Source of the DNA: Armatimonadota bacterium | GTDB lineage: Bacteria; Armatimonadota; SYMT01 | Assembly (NCBI GenBank): GCA_041690135.1 | Contig: JAWLHY010000003.1 | Location: 96,001-160,000 of the forward strand | Direction: 5' to 3' | DNA length: 64,000 bases | Part shown: positions 35,766-44,936 of the stretch, in pieces | Layout of the letters: the number at the start of each line of letters is the position of its first letter | Numbering within the stretch: position 1 is the stretch's first letter | Translations under genes and position numbers: made by a program | The notes under the pieces: model-generated | Told to the model about the DNA's origin: nothing | The model's database searches: none | What the model saw: the letters and a program-made list of their open reading frames with translations, nothing else

Positions 35766-36809
35766 TTACCGGGCTCCTGTCGCCACCAGGTCTTCAGGGA
35801 GGCGGCAGGTGTCGGCGGCACCCTCCCCTACGAGGCCCACGAAGGTGGCCGACCGCATCACTCCGTTCTCGGCCCACCCCTGGTGCCGAACCCGACACAC
35901 CAGCTTGGGTAGCACCCAGTTCGGCAGCCCCTTTGCTTCAGGCATCTCGTGGAACGGACACGCCCGCTGCTTCCAGCGCAGCAGGTCCTGATGCAGGGTG
36001 CGGAGCGTTTGCGCGTCCATCCCGGTACCGGTATGCCCGATATACACCAACTGGTCGCCGCGGTAGAGGCCGAGCAGCAGCGTTCCGATCGACCCGGCGC
36101 GTGCGCCGCGCCCCTCGGTCCAGCCGCAGATCACGGCGTCCACCACTTCCATCGGCTTGATATTCAGCCAGTCTCGCGTTTTCTCTCCGGCGTAATAACG
36201 GCCCCGCAAGCGTTTGGCCATCACGGCCTCCAGGTCCTGCTCCTTGGAGCGGCGTAGTGCCGCGGCGCCATCGGTAAAGACCGGAGAAAGGCGCACGCGC
36301 GGCGTCGCTTTCAGGTCGACCGCTCGCGTCAGGATGTCGCGGCGCTCGTCCCAGTTGACGTCGAGCAACCAGCTATCCCCGATGCGCAGGATATCGTAGA
36401 TCACATAGGTAACCGGCATCTCCTCGATCAACTGCGCCAGAACCTCCGGCTGGGTGGTGGTAATGCGGCGTCGCAGGGCCGTGGGCGAAGGACGCTCCCC
36501 TTCCATTACTACCAGCTCGCCGTCGAGCAGCACCCACTCCGGCATGGCGGCCTTGCGGAGGGCGGCGAGTTCCGGAAACCAATCGCTGCTCTCCTGGCCC
36601 GTGCCGGAACGCAGGGAAAGCTGCGTGCCTTCCAGCCCCGCCAGTACCCGGAGCCCATCCCACCGGATTTCGTAAGCGTGTTCGTCGCTGTCCAACGGCC
36701 CGGCGGCGCTGGTGGGCAGCATGGGGAGGAATCCTTCGGGTAGGATTCGATGTGTGTTCCAGGCAGAACCGGGAACGTAGGCGCGTTTTAGATCGACAAT
36801 TTCCGACAT
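35766..36809 (-). CDS. ATP-dependent DNA ligase-like protein (LigD/LigC ligase plus OB domain) with catalytic Lys replaced by Arg
   Basis: EIRWDGLR, LDGELV, YDIL, EAVMAKR, WLNIK; OB domain VICGWTEG...LLLGLY...YIGHTGTG. Confidence 0.88.
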   Translation of the reverse strand: MSEIVDLKRAYVPGSAWNTHRILPEGFLPMLPTSAAGPLDSDEHAYEIRWDGLRVLAGLEGTQLSLRSGTGQESSDWFPELAALRKAAMPEWVLLDGELVVMEGERPSPTALRRRITTTQPEVLAQLIEEMPVTYVIYDILRIGDSWLLDVNWDERRDILTRAVDLKATPRVRLSPVFTDGAAALRRSKEQDLEAVMAKRLRGRYYAGEKTRDWLNIKPMEVVDAVICGWTEGRGARAGSIGTLLLGLYRGDQLVYIGHTGTGMDAQTLRTLHQDLLRWKQRACPFHEMPEAKGLPNWVLPKLVCRVRHQGWAENGVMRSATFVGLVGEGAADTCRLPEDLVATGAR

Positions 36810-37177
36810 GGTTACAGCAAATCCATCCGGAGGAAGAGAGGGTATAGTAGGCGCTCTTCGCGTCTGCTCATGATACGAGAATTTCCCACTTTTATCCGGA
36901 ATATGTTGGTCTTAAATGATGGTGAGAGTGGCTTTCAATGGAGCAATCGCCGCCCCGTAAGGATGCTCTCCAGGGGCCTGCTTCGCCGCTTACCCGTCCG
37001 GTGTCCGGACTGTTTATTCGTCAGCACAGAGCAATTAACGGGTTCCACAGACATCAGAGTTCCCGCTTCGGCCGGCCGCTATTACCCCGAGGGTTTATCA
37101 CGTGGAACACCGAATAGGGTAGAAGCCGCAGCCTCGTCGGGAGGCGGAGTTCCACGATTCTATAGAGGAGAGGGGAG

Positions 37178-38296
37178 ATGGCGGAAAAGAGCTATCGCGC
37201 GGCCGTTATCGGGCGCACCGGGCAGGGCGATTACGGGCACGGCCTGGACGTCGTCTACAACGGTATGACAAATGTCAAGGTGGCGGCCGTTGCCGATCCC
37301 GATGAGCAGGGACGGGCCCGCTGCGCCGCCCGAACAGGGGCCACGGAGCAGTTCGCCGACTACCGGCAGATGCTGGAGAAGGTGAGGCCGGATCTCGTTT
37401 CCATCGGACCGCGGTGGATCGATTGTCACCATGAAATGGTACTGGCTTGCTGCGCCGCCGGTGTCAAGGGCATCTACTGCGAGAAGCCGTTCGCGCGCTC
37501 GCTGGCGGAAGCCGATGAGATGGTTGCGGCTTGCAAGAAGGCGGGGACCTATCTCGCCGTAGCGCATCAAAACCGCGCGATTCCGTACCTGCCGCACGTC
37601 AAGCGGTTGATCGAGAGTGGTGCGATCGGCAAGTTGATGCGGGTGCGGGGAAAGGGCAAAGACGACGCGCGCGGCGGAGCGCAGGACCTGATCGTGCTGG
37701 GAACGCATGTGCTCGATATCATGCGCGCCGTGGCAGGAGATCCGGTATGGGCGTTCGGCCATATCCGCCAGGATGGTCGCGATCTGACCCGCGCGGAGGT
37801 GCGCGAGGGCGGAGAGCGGTTGGGACCGCTGGGCGGAAACAACCTTACGGGTTATTACGCGTTTCCTCACGGCGTGGCCGGTTCTTTTGAATCGTATGTC
37901 AGCAAGGGGAGTGGTCGCTTCATGGGCGTCTGGTTTGAAGGCACGGAGGGGACCCTCACCTTCCATGGCGGCTTCGACAAGCAGGTCTACCTCTGCAAGA
38001 CGCCGCAATGGACTCCGGAATTGGGCGGCGGAGCCTGGGAGCGTATCCGTCTGCCGGGCTGGGACAACGGTCCGGATGGACACGCCCGCTCCGGCGCCGA
38101 GATGCTGGTGCTCGCCAACCAGCGGATGGTGCAGGGCCTGATCGACTGCATCGAGAAGGGGGGAACCCACTTCTCCAGCGGCGAGGATGCTCGCTGGGCG
38201 ATGGAAATGTATTTCGGGATCCCCGAGAGCCAGCGCACCGGAGGCCGTGTCAAGCTTCCGATGGAGAACCGCCGGAACCCGTGGTCGCTACTGTAG
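37178..38296 (+). CDS. Gfo/Idh/MocA-family oxidoreductase
   Basis: IGRTGQGDYGH, YCEKP, GTHVLD; GGAGAGG RBS. Confidence 0.92.
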   Translation: MAEKSYRAAVIGRTGQGDYGHGLDVVYNGMTNVKVAAVADPDEQGRARCAARTGATEQFADYRQMLEKVRPDLVSIGPRWIDCHHEMVLACCAAGVKGIYCEKPFARSLAEADEMVAACKKAGTYLAVAHQNRAIPYLPHVKRLIESGAIGKLMRVRGKGKDDARGGAQDLIVLGTHVLDIMRAVAGDPVWAFGHIRQDGRDLTRAEVREGGERLGPLGGNNLTGYYAFPHGVAGSFESYVSKGSGRFMGVWFEGTEGTLTFHGGFDKQVYLCKTPQWTPELGGGAWERIRLPGWDNGPDGHARSGAEMLVLANQRMVQGLIDCIEKGGTHFSSGEDARWAMEMYFGIPESQRTGGRVKLPMENRRNPWSLL

Positions 38297-38355
38297 TCAC
38301 CGGCTGTTCATGCACAGGGACATGTGAGATGGAGTCAGGAGAGAAGAAGTTGAGG

Positions 38356-39558
38356 ATGTCAGGGGTTCGGTTTGCGCTGCTGCTGGCCGTGGGAGCCATG
38401 GGGATGCCTTTAGGACTGGGATCGACGACGGCCGCGGCGACGCAGGCCGGGGCTGCAGCGGACCTCGCGCTCCAGGCGCCGCGGGTCATTACCGCGCCGG
38501 GTCCGGAGTACGGCCCGGCGACCCGCGTATTCCAGGGGATTCCGGGGTTGGAGCGGGCCGCGAACGGCCGCCTTTGGGCCACCTGGTACGGCGGCGGACC
38601 GGACGAAGGCCCCGACAACTACGTGATGCTCGCTACCAGCGCCGATGAAGGAAAGAGCTGGTCCGGCGTGCGGCTGGTGGTCGATCCCGAGGGACCGATC
38701 CGCGCTTTCGATCCGTGTCTTTGGGTCGACCCGCGCGGCCGCCTCTGGCTCTTCTGGGCGCAAGCCCACTCCTGGTGGGACGGCCGCGCCGGTGTGTGGG
38801 CGATCCGCACGGACGAGCCGGGGAAAGAGAACCCCACCTGGACCCGCCCGCGGCGCCTCTGCAACGGCATCATGATGAATAAGCCGACGGTCCTCAAGAA
38901 TGGGGAGTGGCTGCTTCCCACCTCCGTGTGGGACGTGCCCACCACCCGCGTGACCGAGCCCTCCGCCCGGCACGACCTGGGAGCGGAGATCGGCGCGAAC
39001 GTGGTCGTCTCCACGGATGCCGGCAAGACCTGGGCCCGCCGAGGTGGGGTGCGCTTTCCGGAGTGCATCTTCGACGAGCACATGCTGGTCGAGCGTCGAG
39101 ACGGCAACCTCTGGATGCTCGCCCGTACCCGCTACGGGATCGGCCACAGCACCTCCACCGACGGCGGTCGCACCTGGAGCCCGGGCGGCCCTTCCGGAAT
39201 CCCCCACATCAACGCCCGCTTCTTCATCCGGCGCCTCCGGTCCGGACGGCTGTTGCTGGTCCGCCACAACCCGCCGGGAGACAGCAAGCAGCGCTCGCAC
39301 CTGACCGCCTTCCTCTCGGACGACGACGGCAAGACGTGGAAGGGCGGCCTGCTTCTGGATGAACGAGCCGGCGTTTCTTATCCCGACGGCGTGGAGGCTC
39401 CCGACGGAACGCTCTCAGTGATCTACGACTACTCCCGCAAGGGTGACAAGCAGATCCTGATGGCGACCTTCACCGAAGAAGACGTGTTGGGCAGCCGCGG
39501 CGTCTCCCCCCGCTTCCGCCAGCGGGTAGTGGTAAACCAGGCTACCGGAGGCCGGTAG
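38356..39558 (+). CDS. Sialidase-fold (BNR/Asp-box) secreted glycosidase-like protein
   Basis: Four Asp boxes SADEGKSW, STDAGKTW, STDGGRTW, SDDDGKTW; VSYPD; signal peptide. Confidence 0.88.
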   Translation: MSGVRFALLLAVGAMGMPLGLGSTTAAATQAGAAADLALQAPRVITAPGPEYGPATRVFQGIPGLERAANGRLWATWYGGGPDEGPDNYVMLATSADEGKSWSGVRLVVDPEGPIRAFDPCLWVDPRGRLWLFWAQAHSWWDGRAGVWAIRTDEPGKENPTWTRPRRLCNGIMMNKPTVLKNGEWLLPTSVWDVPTTRVTEPSARHDLGAEIGANVVVSTDAGKTWARRGGVRFPECIFDEHMLVERRDGNLWMLARTRYGIGHSTSTDGGRTWSPGGPSGIPHINARFFIRRLRSGRLLLVRHNPPGDSKQRSHLTAFLSDDDGKTWKGGLLLDERAGVSYPDGVEAPDGTLSVIYDYSRKGDKQILMATFTEEDVLGSRGVSPRFRQRVVVNQATGGR

Positions 39559-39567
39559 GAGTGGTGA

Positions 39568-39650
39568 TCCGCGAATTACGCGAATAGGACGAATGGGAAC
39601 GTTGGCGAGGGGTGAGGGGTGGGAGTGGTGAGTAGTGGAGTGGGGCGGGC
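39568..39650. repeat. Degenerate 9-mer (CGCGAATTA-type) and 7-mer (GAGGGGT/GAGTAGT-type) tandem repeats
   Basis: CGCGAATTA CGCGAATAG GACGAATGG, then GAGGGGT GAGGGGT ... GAGTGGT GAGTAGT. Confidence 0.6.
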
Positions 39651-39741
39651 GTCTCGCCCGTCCCGGTTCGATCACGATCACGAACGGTGGAGGGGGGAGG
39701 ACGGTCGGAATCGAACGGGAGAGCAGAAAGGGACCCACTCC

Positions 39742-41187
39742 GTGAAAGCACTCCGCCCTCTCCTGATCATCCCTCTCCTTGTGGCCGGTACGCTGGCGGC
39801 CGGGAGTAGCCGCGCGGACGATCCGAAGCCGCGCCCCAACATCCTCTGGATCCTGGCGGAGGATTTCAGCCCTCACCTCGGCTGCTACGGGACGAAGGAA
39901 GTCCACACCCCCCACATCGACCGGCTGGCCGCGGAAGGGGTCCGCTATACCCGGGCATTTGCCACGGCCCCTGTCTGCTCGGCGAGCCGTTCGGCGTTCA
40001 TGACGGGGATGTACCAGACGACCATCGGGGCGCACAACCACCGCTCCCACCGCGACGACGGCTACCGGCTGCCCGACGGCGTGCGGGTGCTCACCGACTG
40101 GCTGCGCGACGCGGGTTACTTCACCGGAAACATCCGGACCTTTCCGCCGGACGTCAATCTGCGGGGGACCGGGAAGACGGATTGGAACTTCACCTATTTC
40201 GGCAAGCCGTTCGACACGGACCGCTGGGCCGATCTGAAGGGGAAGCAGCCGTTCTACGCCCAGGTGAACTTTCCGGAGACCCACCGGAAGTTCAACTCCC
40301 CCCGCCACGCGGACCCGGCGAAGGTGGAGATCCCACCCTACTACCCGGATCATCCCGTGGTACGGGAGGACTGGGCGCAGTACCTGGACGCCGCAACCGG
40401 ACTGGACGTGAAGGTCGGCAAGATGCTGAAGCAGCTCGAAGCGGACGGCCTGGCGGACAATACGGTGGTGGTCTTCATGGGCGACCATGGCCAGGCGCAT
40501 GTCCGCGGCAAGCAGTTCTGCTACGACAGCGGGCTGCAGATCCCCCTGATCATCCGGTGGCCGAAGAAGTTGCCCGCGCCCAGGCACTACCGGGCCGGCA
40601 CCGTGGACGACCGCCTCATCGCCGCCATCGACCTCGCCCCGACGATGCTGGGGTTTGCCGGGGTAGAGAAACCGGCCAAGATGCAAGGGGAGAAGTTCCT
40701 GGGGGAGCATTCCGTCAAGCGCATGTTTGTCTATGGGGCCCGCGACCGGTGCGACGAGACCGTCGCCCGGTTCCGGACGGTGCGGGACTCGCGCTATCGC
40801 TACATCCGCAACTTCATGCCGGAGCGTCCGCTCCTCCAGGCCAACGCCTATAAGGAGCGCTCCTACCCCGTCTGGAACCTCCTCAAGGAGCTCCACGCGC
40901 AGGGCAAGCTGAACCCGGTGCAGCAGTTCCTGGTCCAGCCCCGCATGCCGGAAGAGGAGCTCTACGACCTGGAGACCGATCCGCACGAGACGCGCAACCT
41001 GGCCGGGTCGACGAAACCCGAGCACCAGGCGGTGCGAGAACGCCTGAGCGTCGCCCTGGTGCACTGGATCGAGGAATCCGGCGACCAGGGCCGCACGCCC
41101 GAGCCGGCCGAGGTGGCCGGGGCCTCCGGCGCCACGAAGCCGGGTTCCAACCCGAATGCGCAGGCGATCCGGCCCGCCGCGCAGTAG
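39742..41187 (+). CDS. Cys-type sulfatase
   Basis: PNILWILAED, CSASR, GKTD, GDHG; signal peptide from GTG 39742. Confidence 0.92.
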   Translation: MKALRPLLIIPLLVAGTLAAGSSRADDPKPRPNILWILAEDFSPHLGCYGTKEVHTPHIDRLAAEGVRYTRAFATAPVCSASRSAFMTGMYQTTIGAHNHRSHRDDGYRLPDGVRVLTDWLRDAGYFTGNIRTFPPDVNLRGTGKTDWNFTYFGKPFDTDRWADLKGKQPFYAQVNFPETHRKFNSPRHADPAKVEIPPYYPDHPVVREDWAQYLDAATGLDVKVGKMLKQLEADGLADNTVVVFMGDHGQAHVRGKQFCYDSGLQIPLIIRWPKKLPAPRHYRAGTVDDRLIAAIDLAPTMLGFAGVEKPAKMQGEKFLGEHSVKRMFVYGARDRCDETVARFRTVRDSRYRYIRNFMPERPLLQANAYKERSYPVWNLLKELHAQGKLNPVQQFLVQPRMPEEELYDLETDPHETRNLAGSTKPEHQAVRERLSVALVHWIEESGDQGRTPEPAEVAGASGATKPGSNPNAQAIRPAAQ

Positions 41188-41280
41188 GAAGGTATGGAAG
41201 TAGTGGGGTGTGGTAGTAGGAACTTCGAATTCCGATGTCCCGCTACCGTTCTACCCCCACACTTCCATACTCCCATACTC
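41188..41280. repeat. Inverted pair of octamer tandem-repeat arms
   Basis: Left arm GGTATGGAAGTAGTGGGGTGTGGTAG; right arm CTACCCCCACACTTCCATACTCCCATACTC (reverse complement GAGTATGG GAGTATGG AAGTGTGG GGGTAG). Confidence 0.7.
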
Positions 41281-41285
41281 AGCGG

Positions 41286-42614
41286 CTAAACGACTTCGTA
41301 GCCCTTGCGCTGCTCTCTGGCCTGCCAGGTGTTCGCCTCGGCGTCGCCCACGATCTGCTCCTTCGCCGGGTCCCAGGTCAGCTTGCGGCCGAGGCGGATG
41401 GCGATGTTGGCCAGATGGCAGGTGGTGAGGGCGCGGTGGTGGCTGTAGACGTCCGAGACGGGCTGGGAGCGGTCGCGCACGCACTCAAAGAAGTTGGCCA
41501 TGTGGCCGCCGAGCTTCTTGCCTTTGCGCAGGTGCACGAACATTGCCTCGGAGATGGGGTTGTTCTTCAGCGCGTCCACGGCAGGGCCATTCAGGGCGCC
41601 GCGGCTCACGAAGATCGTGCCCTTTTCGCCCTCGAAAGTGATGCCGTTCTCCGTGTCGTGGCGGATCACCATCTCCACGTCGTTCGGGAAGAGGCAGCGG
41701 ACCAGGAAGTCGGTCGCCGCATTGTAGCGGTTGTCCGCCATCGGGTGCCCATTGCGGTACTCGACCGGGTGCTTCACCAGGCCCGGCTCAATGGTCGTGG
41801 GGCCGCTGCGGTCCATCTCGATCGCCCACTGGGCGATGTCGACGTGGTGCGCGCCCCAGTCGGTCATCTTGCCGCCGGAGTACTCGTACCACCAGCGGAA
41901 GTTCGCATGGGCGCGCTCCTTGATGTAATCCACCTTGGGGCACTGGCCGAGCCACATGTCCCAGTTCAGCTCCGGCGGTGAGGAGGTCTTCTGGAACGGA
42001 CCGCCCGCGGGGGCTCCACCGATGGCACAGGTGACCCGGCGGATCTTGCCCAGGCGACCTTCCCGGACCATGGCCACGGCCGTGAGGAAACGGTTGCCCA
42101 TCTCGCTGCGCTGCTGCGTGCCGACCTGCAGCACGCGGCCCGTCTCGTAGACGGCCTGGCAGAGCTGCTTGCCCTCGTCGATGGTGAGGGTGAGCGGCTT
42201 CTCGCAGTAGACGTCCTTGCCGGCGCGGAGCGCGTCGATGCACTGCTTGGTGTGCCAGTGGTCGGGCGAACCGATGGTGACGACATCGATGTCCTTGCGC
42301 TCCAGCAGCTTGCGGTAGTCCTCGTAGACCTCCGCCTTGCCCGCGCCGATCTTCGGGTCCGCCTTGGCCCGTGCTGCATGGTTGCGGTCCACGTCGCACA
42401 CCGCCACGATGTCGCCGTAATTGGAGGCGTCCCGCGCGATGCCGCTGCCGCGCCCGCCCACACCGATGGCGCCCACCCGCGGCCGGGAGTTCGGGGACTT
42501 GCTCTCCTGCGCCATCGCGTCGCGCGGGAAGAGCACCTCGTACGGCAGTCCCGCCGCCGCGGCCACTCCGGCCGCGACCTTCAAGAACCCGCGCCGGTCC
42601 GTTCTCTGACTCAT
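41286..42614 (-). CDS. Tat-exported Gfo/Idh/MocA-family oxidoreductase
   Basis: DRRGFLK, IGVGGRG, PDHWH, YCEKP, TDWGAHHVD; GGAGGAG RBS. Confidence 0.93.
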   Translation of the reverse strand: MSQRTDRRGFLKVAAGVAAAAGLPYEVLFPRDAMAQESKSPNSRPRVGAIGVGGRGSGIARDASNYGDIVAVCDVDRNHAARAKADPKIGAGKAEVYEDYRKLLERKDIDVVTIGSPDHWHTKQCIDALRAGKDVYCEKPLTLTIDEGKQLCQAVYETGRVLQVGTQQRSEMGNRFLTAVAMVREGRLGKIRRVTCAIGGAPAGGPFQKTSSPPELNWDMWLGQCPKVDYIKERAHANFRWWYEYSGGKMTDWGAHHVDIAQWAIEMDRSGPTTIEPGLVKHPVEYRNGHPMADNRYNAATDFLVRCLFPNDVEMVIRHDTENGITFEGEKGTIFVSRGALNGPAVDALKNNPISEAMFVHLRKGKKLGGHMANFFECVRDRSQPVSDVYSHHRALTTCHLANIAIRLGRKLTWDPAKEQIVGDAEANTWQAREQRKGYEVV

Positions 42615-42714
42615 GCTTCTCCTCCGATCCGTACTACGCTGTCGATCGTGCTGAAACGTTTGCGATAGGGCTAGGGTTCGACTTGAAGAGGGTGGGTTCC
42701 TCGCGGGAATGTGA

Positions 42715-44634
42715 TCAGAAGGTGAGGCCAATTCCGAACACGTGGGTGGCGTAGAAGTAGAGCTCGGCGTCGAGGGCGCGCTTGATGTTCTCGGCTTTGC
42801 GGAAACCGTGCTGCTCCCCCTGAAAGAGGAGGTAACCCACGGGGATTCCCCGGCGGCGGAGGGCTTCCACCATCATTTCCGTCTGGTTCGGCGGCACGAC
42901 CTCGTCTTCGGATCCCTGGAAGAAGGTGACCGGCACCTGCACGAGATCGGCGTGATGGACGGGGGAGCGCTGCTCGTAGAGAGCCTTCTCCTGGGGGTAG
43001 GGGCCGATGAGCCAATCGAGATAGCGGGACTCGAACTTGTGCGTATCGCGTGCGAGGGCTTCCAGGTCGCTGACTCCGAAGTGGCTGGCGCCGCCCCGGA
43101 ACACGTCCCGGAAAGCGAGGCAGGCCAGGGTGGTGTAGCCGCCCGCACTGCCCCCGGTGATGACCATCCGGTCGCCGTCCACCCGGCCCTGGCCCGCGAG
43201 GTACCGGGCTCCGTGGACGCAATCATCCACGTCCACGATCCCCCACTGTCCCTGCAGACGATCCCGATATTCTCGGCCGTAGCCGGTACTGCCACCGTAA
43301 TCCACATCGAAGACGGCGATCCCGCGGCTGGTCCAGTATTGAATCCCCAGGCTCAGTGCGCTCCCGGTGGCCGCGGTGGGACCGCCGTGGCACATCACCA
43401 CCAGGGGCGGCTGCTCTCCTTCCGGGGCCTGGTAGTCGGGGTGGTGCGGCGGATAGAACATCCCGAACGCCGTTTTGCCCCCGGCGGTGGGAAACTCCAC
43501 TGACTCCGGCTCGGAGAAGCAGCGCCGGATCTCCGGACGTTCGGCCAGGGTGTGGCTGACCTGCAGCTCCTGGGGCTCACCGCTCTCCAGGTCCAGGAGG
43601 ACGACGGCCCGCGGCCGGAGCGGAGAGGCTCCCAGGAACGCAACCTGTGAGCCCGCGGCGCGCACGTAGCCGAACTCCGTGTAGGGAAGATCCAGCGGGG
43701 TGAGCGTGCCGGTGCCGGGATTGAGAACCGCCAACCGGCCGAGGCCGTGGGAGTGGTAGGCACACACTATCCGGTCCGGCCCGGCAAAGGCGTAGGTGGA
43801 CATCCCCAGGCCCCACTGCGGCTCCCCGAACTCCGCTTCCAGCGGGCAGAGCGGCTGCGCGGCTCCGTCTTCATGCCGGTAGAGGTTCCACCAGCCGGTC
43901 CGGTCGGAGATGAAGTGCAGCCGTCCCTCGGGCGACCACTCCGGCTGGAAGATCGACTCGCCTCCCCCGCCGGCCACCCGCACGGGCGTTTGCAGGCTCC
44001 CGTCGGGGTTCCACTCGGCCAGCCAGAGCTCCGTGCTCACCCAGGGCATGTCCGGGTGGTTCCACGTGAGCCAGGCGAGGCGGAGGCCATCCGGGCTCAG
44101 CCGAGGGGAGGAGTAGAAGTCGGCGCCGGAGACCAGGATTTCCCCCGGACCGCCCTGCTCCAGGTCGATGGCCAACAATGTGTTGACGGGCTCGTCGCCG
44201 GTATCGCGGTGATCCTCCCGCACGCCGATCCAACGCTTGCGGAAGGGGTCGATCAGCCCGTCGCCGTAGCGCAGACCGGCGCGGACCGGAGGGTTCGGTG
44301 TGAGCGGGACCGGCTCCTCTCCCGGTGCTTGCCGGTAGAGCCGTTGGTCCGCGAAATGGGAGTAGTAGGCCGTGCCCGCCGCCACCAGGGCCGCGCCGCC
44401 GCCGTACTCATGGACCCGGGTCCGCACGTTGAAGGGGGCGGGGTTGATGTCGGTGACCTCGCCGGTGGCGGAGCGGCGCACCAGGACCGTCCGGCCGCCC
44501 TCGCGGGGGCGGCGCTCGAGCCAGTAGACGTCGCCGCCGTCCAGGAGAACGTCGGTGAGGCCGATGGTCTCCGCCACGATCAGGTCGGAGGTGATGGGAG
44601 AGGGCCAGGAGCCGTAGGGGCGCGTTTCGGGCAT
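42715..44634 (-). CDS. S9-family peptidase (prolyl oligopeptidase/acylaminoacyl peptidase)
   Basis: PYGSWPSPI, HGGPT, GGSAGG, D in QGSEDEVV, EQHGF. Confidence 0.95.
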   Translation of the reverse strand: MPETRPYGSWPSPITSDLIVAETIGLTDVLLDGGDVYWLERRPREGGRTVLVRRSATGEVTDINPAPFNVRTRVHEYGGGAALVAAGTAYYSHFADQRLYRQAPGEEPVPLTPNPPVRAGLRYGDGLIDPFRKRWIGVREDHRDTGDEPVNTLLAIDLEQGGPGEILVSGADFYSSPRLSPDGLRLAWLTWNHPDMPWVSTELWLAEWNPDGSLQTPVRVAGGGGESIFQPEWSPEGRLHFISDRTGWWNLYRHEDGAAQPLCPLEAEFGEPQWGLGMSTYAFAGPDRIVCAYHSHGLGRLAVLNPGTGTLTPLDLPYTEFGYVRAAGSQVAFLGASPLRPRAVVLLDLESGEPQELQVSHTLAERPEIRRCFSEPESVEFPTAGGKTAFGMFYPPHHPDYQAPEGEQPPLVVMCHGGPTAATGSALSLGIQYWTSRGIAVFDVDYGGSTGYGREYRDRLQGQWGIVDVDDCVHGARYLAGQGRVDGDRMVITGGSAGGYTTLACLAFRDVFRGGASHFGVSDLEALARDTHKFESRYLDWLIGPYPQEKALYEQRSPVHHADLVQVPVTFFQGSEDEVVPPNQTEMMVEALRRRGIPVGYLLFQGEQHGFRKAENIKRALDAELYFYATHVFGIGLTF

Positions 44635-44936
44635 TAGCACAGTTCCCGGTGGTTAATCTAGGTGCGCAGTTCGGCAGGATAAGTTGATCCATTAACCGCC
44701 CATCCGCACGGTTCACTCCTCGACCCTAAACGGTCGAGCTTCGGTACAGCACGCTGCCCACACCCCCTCGGGGCGCAAGCCTCCGTGGGCGCCCGGAAGT
44801 ATTCCAATGGGGCGGTTGGTACGCCAGAGAATGTGCATTTCCAGGGAGCTAGTTCGGGTCGCTCATCGCATCAAAATCCGGGGCTGGCGGGCCGAAGTCC
44901 GTCCTACAGCTTCGCTTATGCCGATCCGGCTCTCGC

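Noticed and set aside
36810-37177. Long AT-richer spacer and 132-aa ORF 36870-37268 as an ncRNA or gene
   Set aside because: No recognisable RNA motif; the ORF overlaps the next gene and looks non-coding.
44640-44760. AACCG...GTTAATG resembling a fluoride riboswitch
   Set aside because: The 5' GGxGAUG pseudoknot element is missing and the downstream peptidase is not a typical target.
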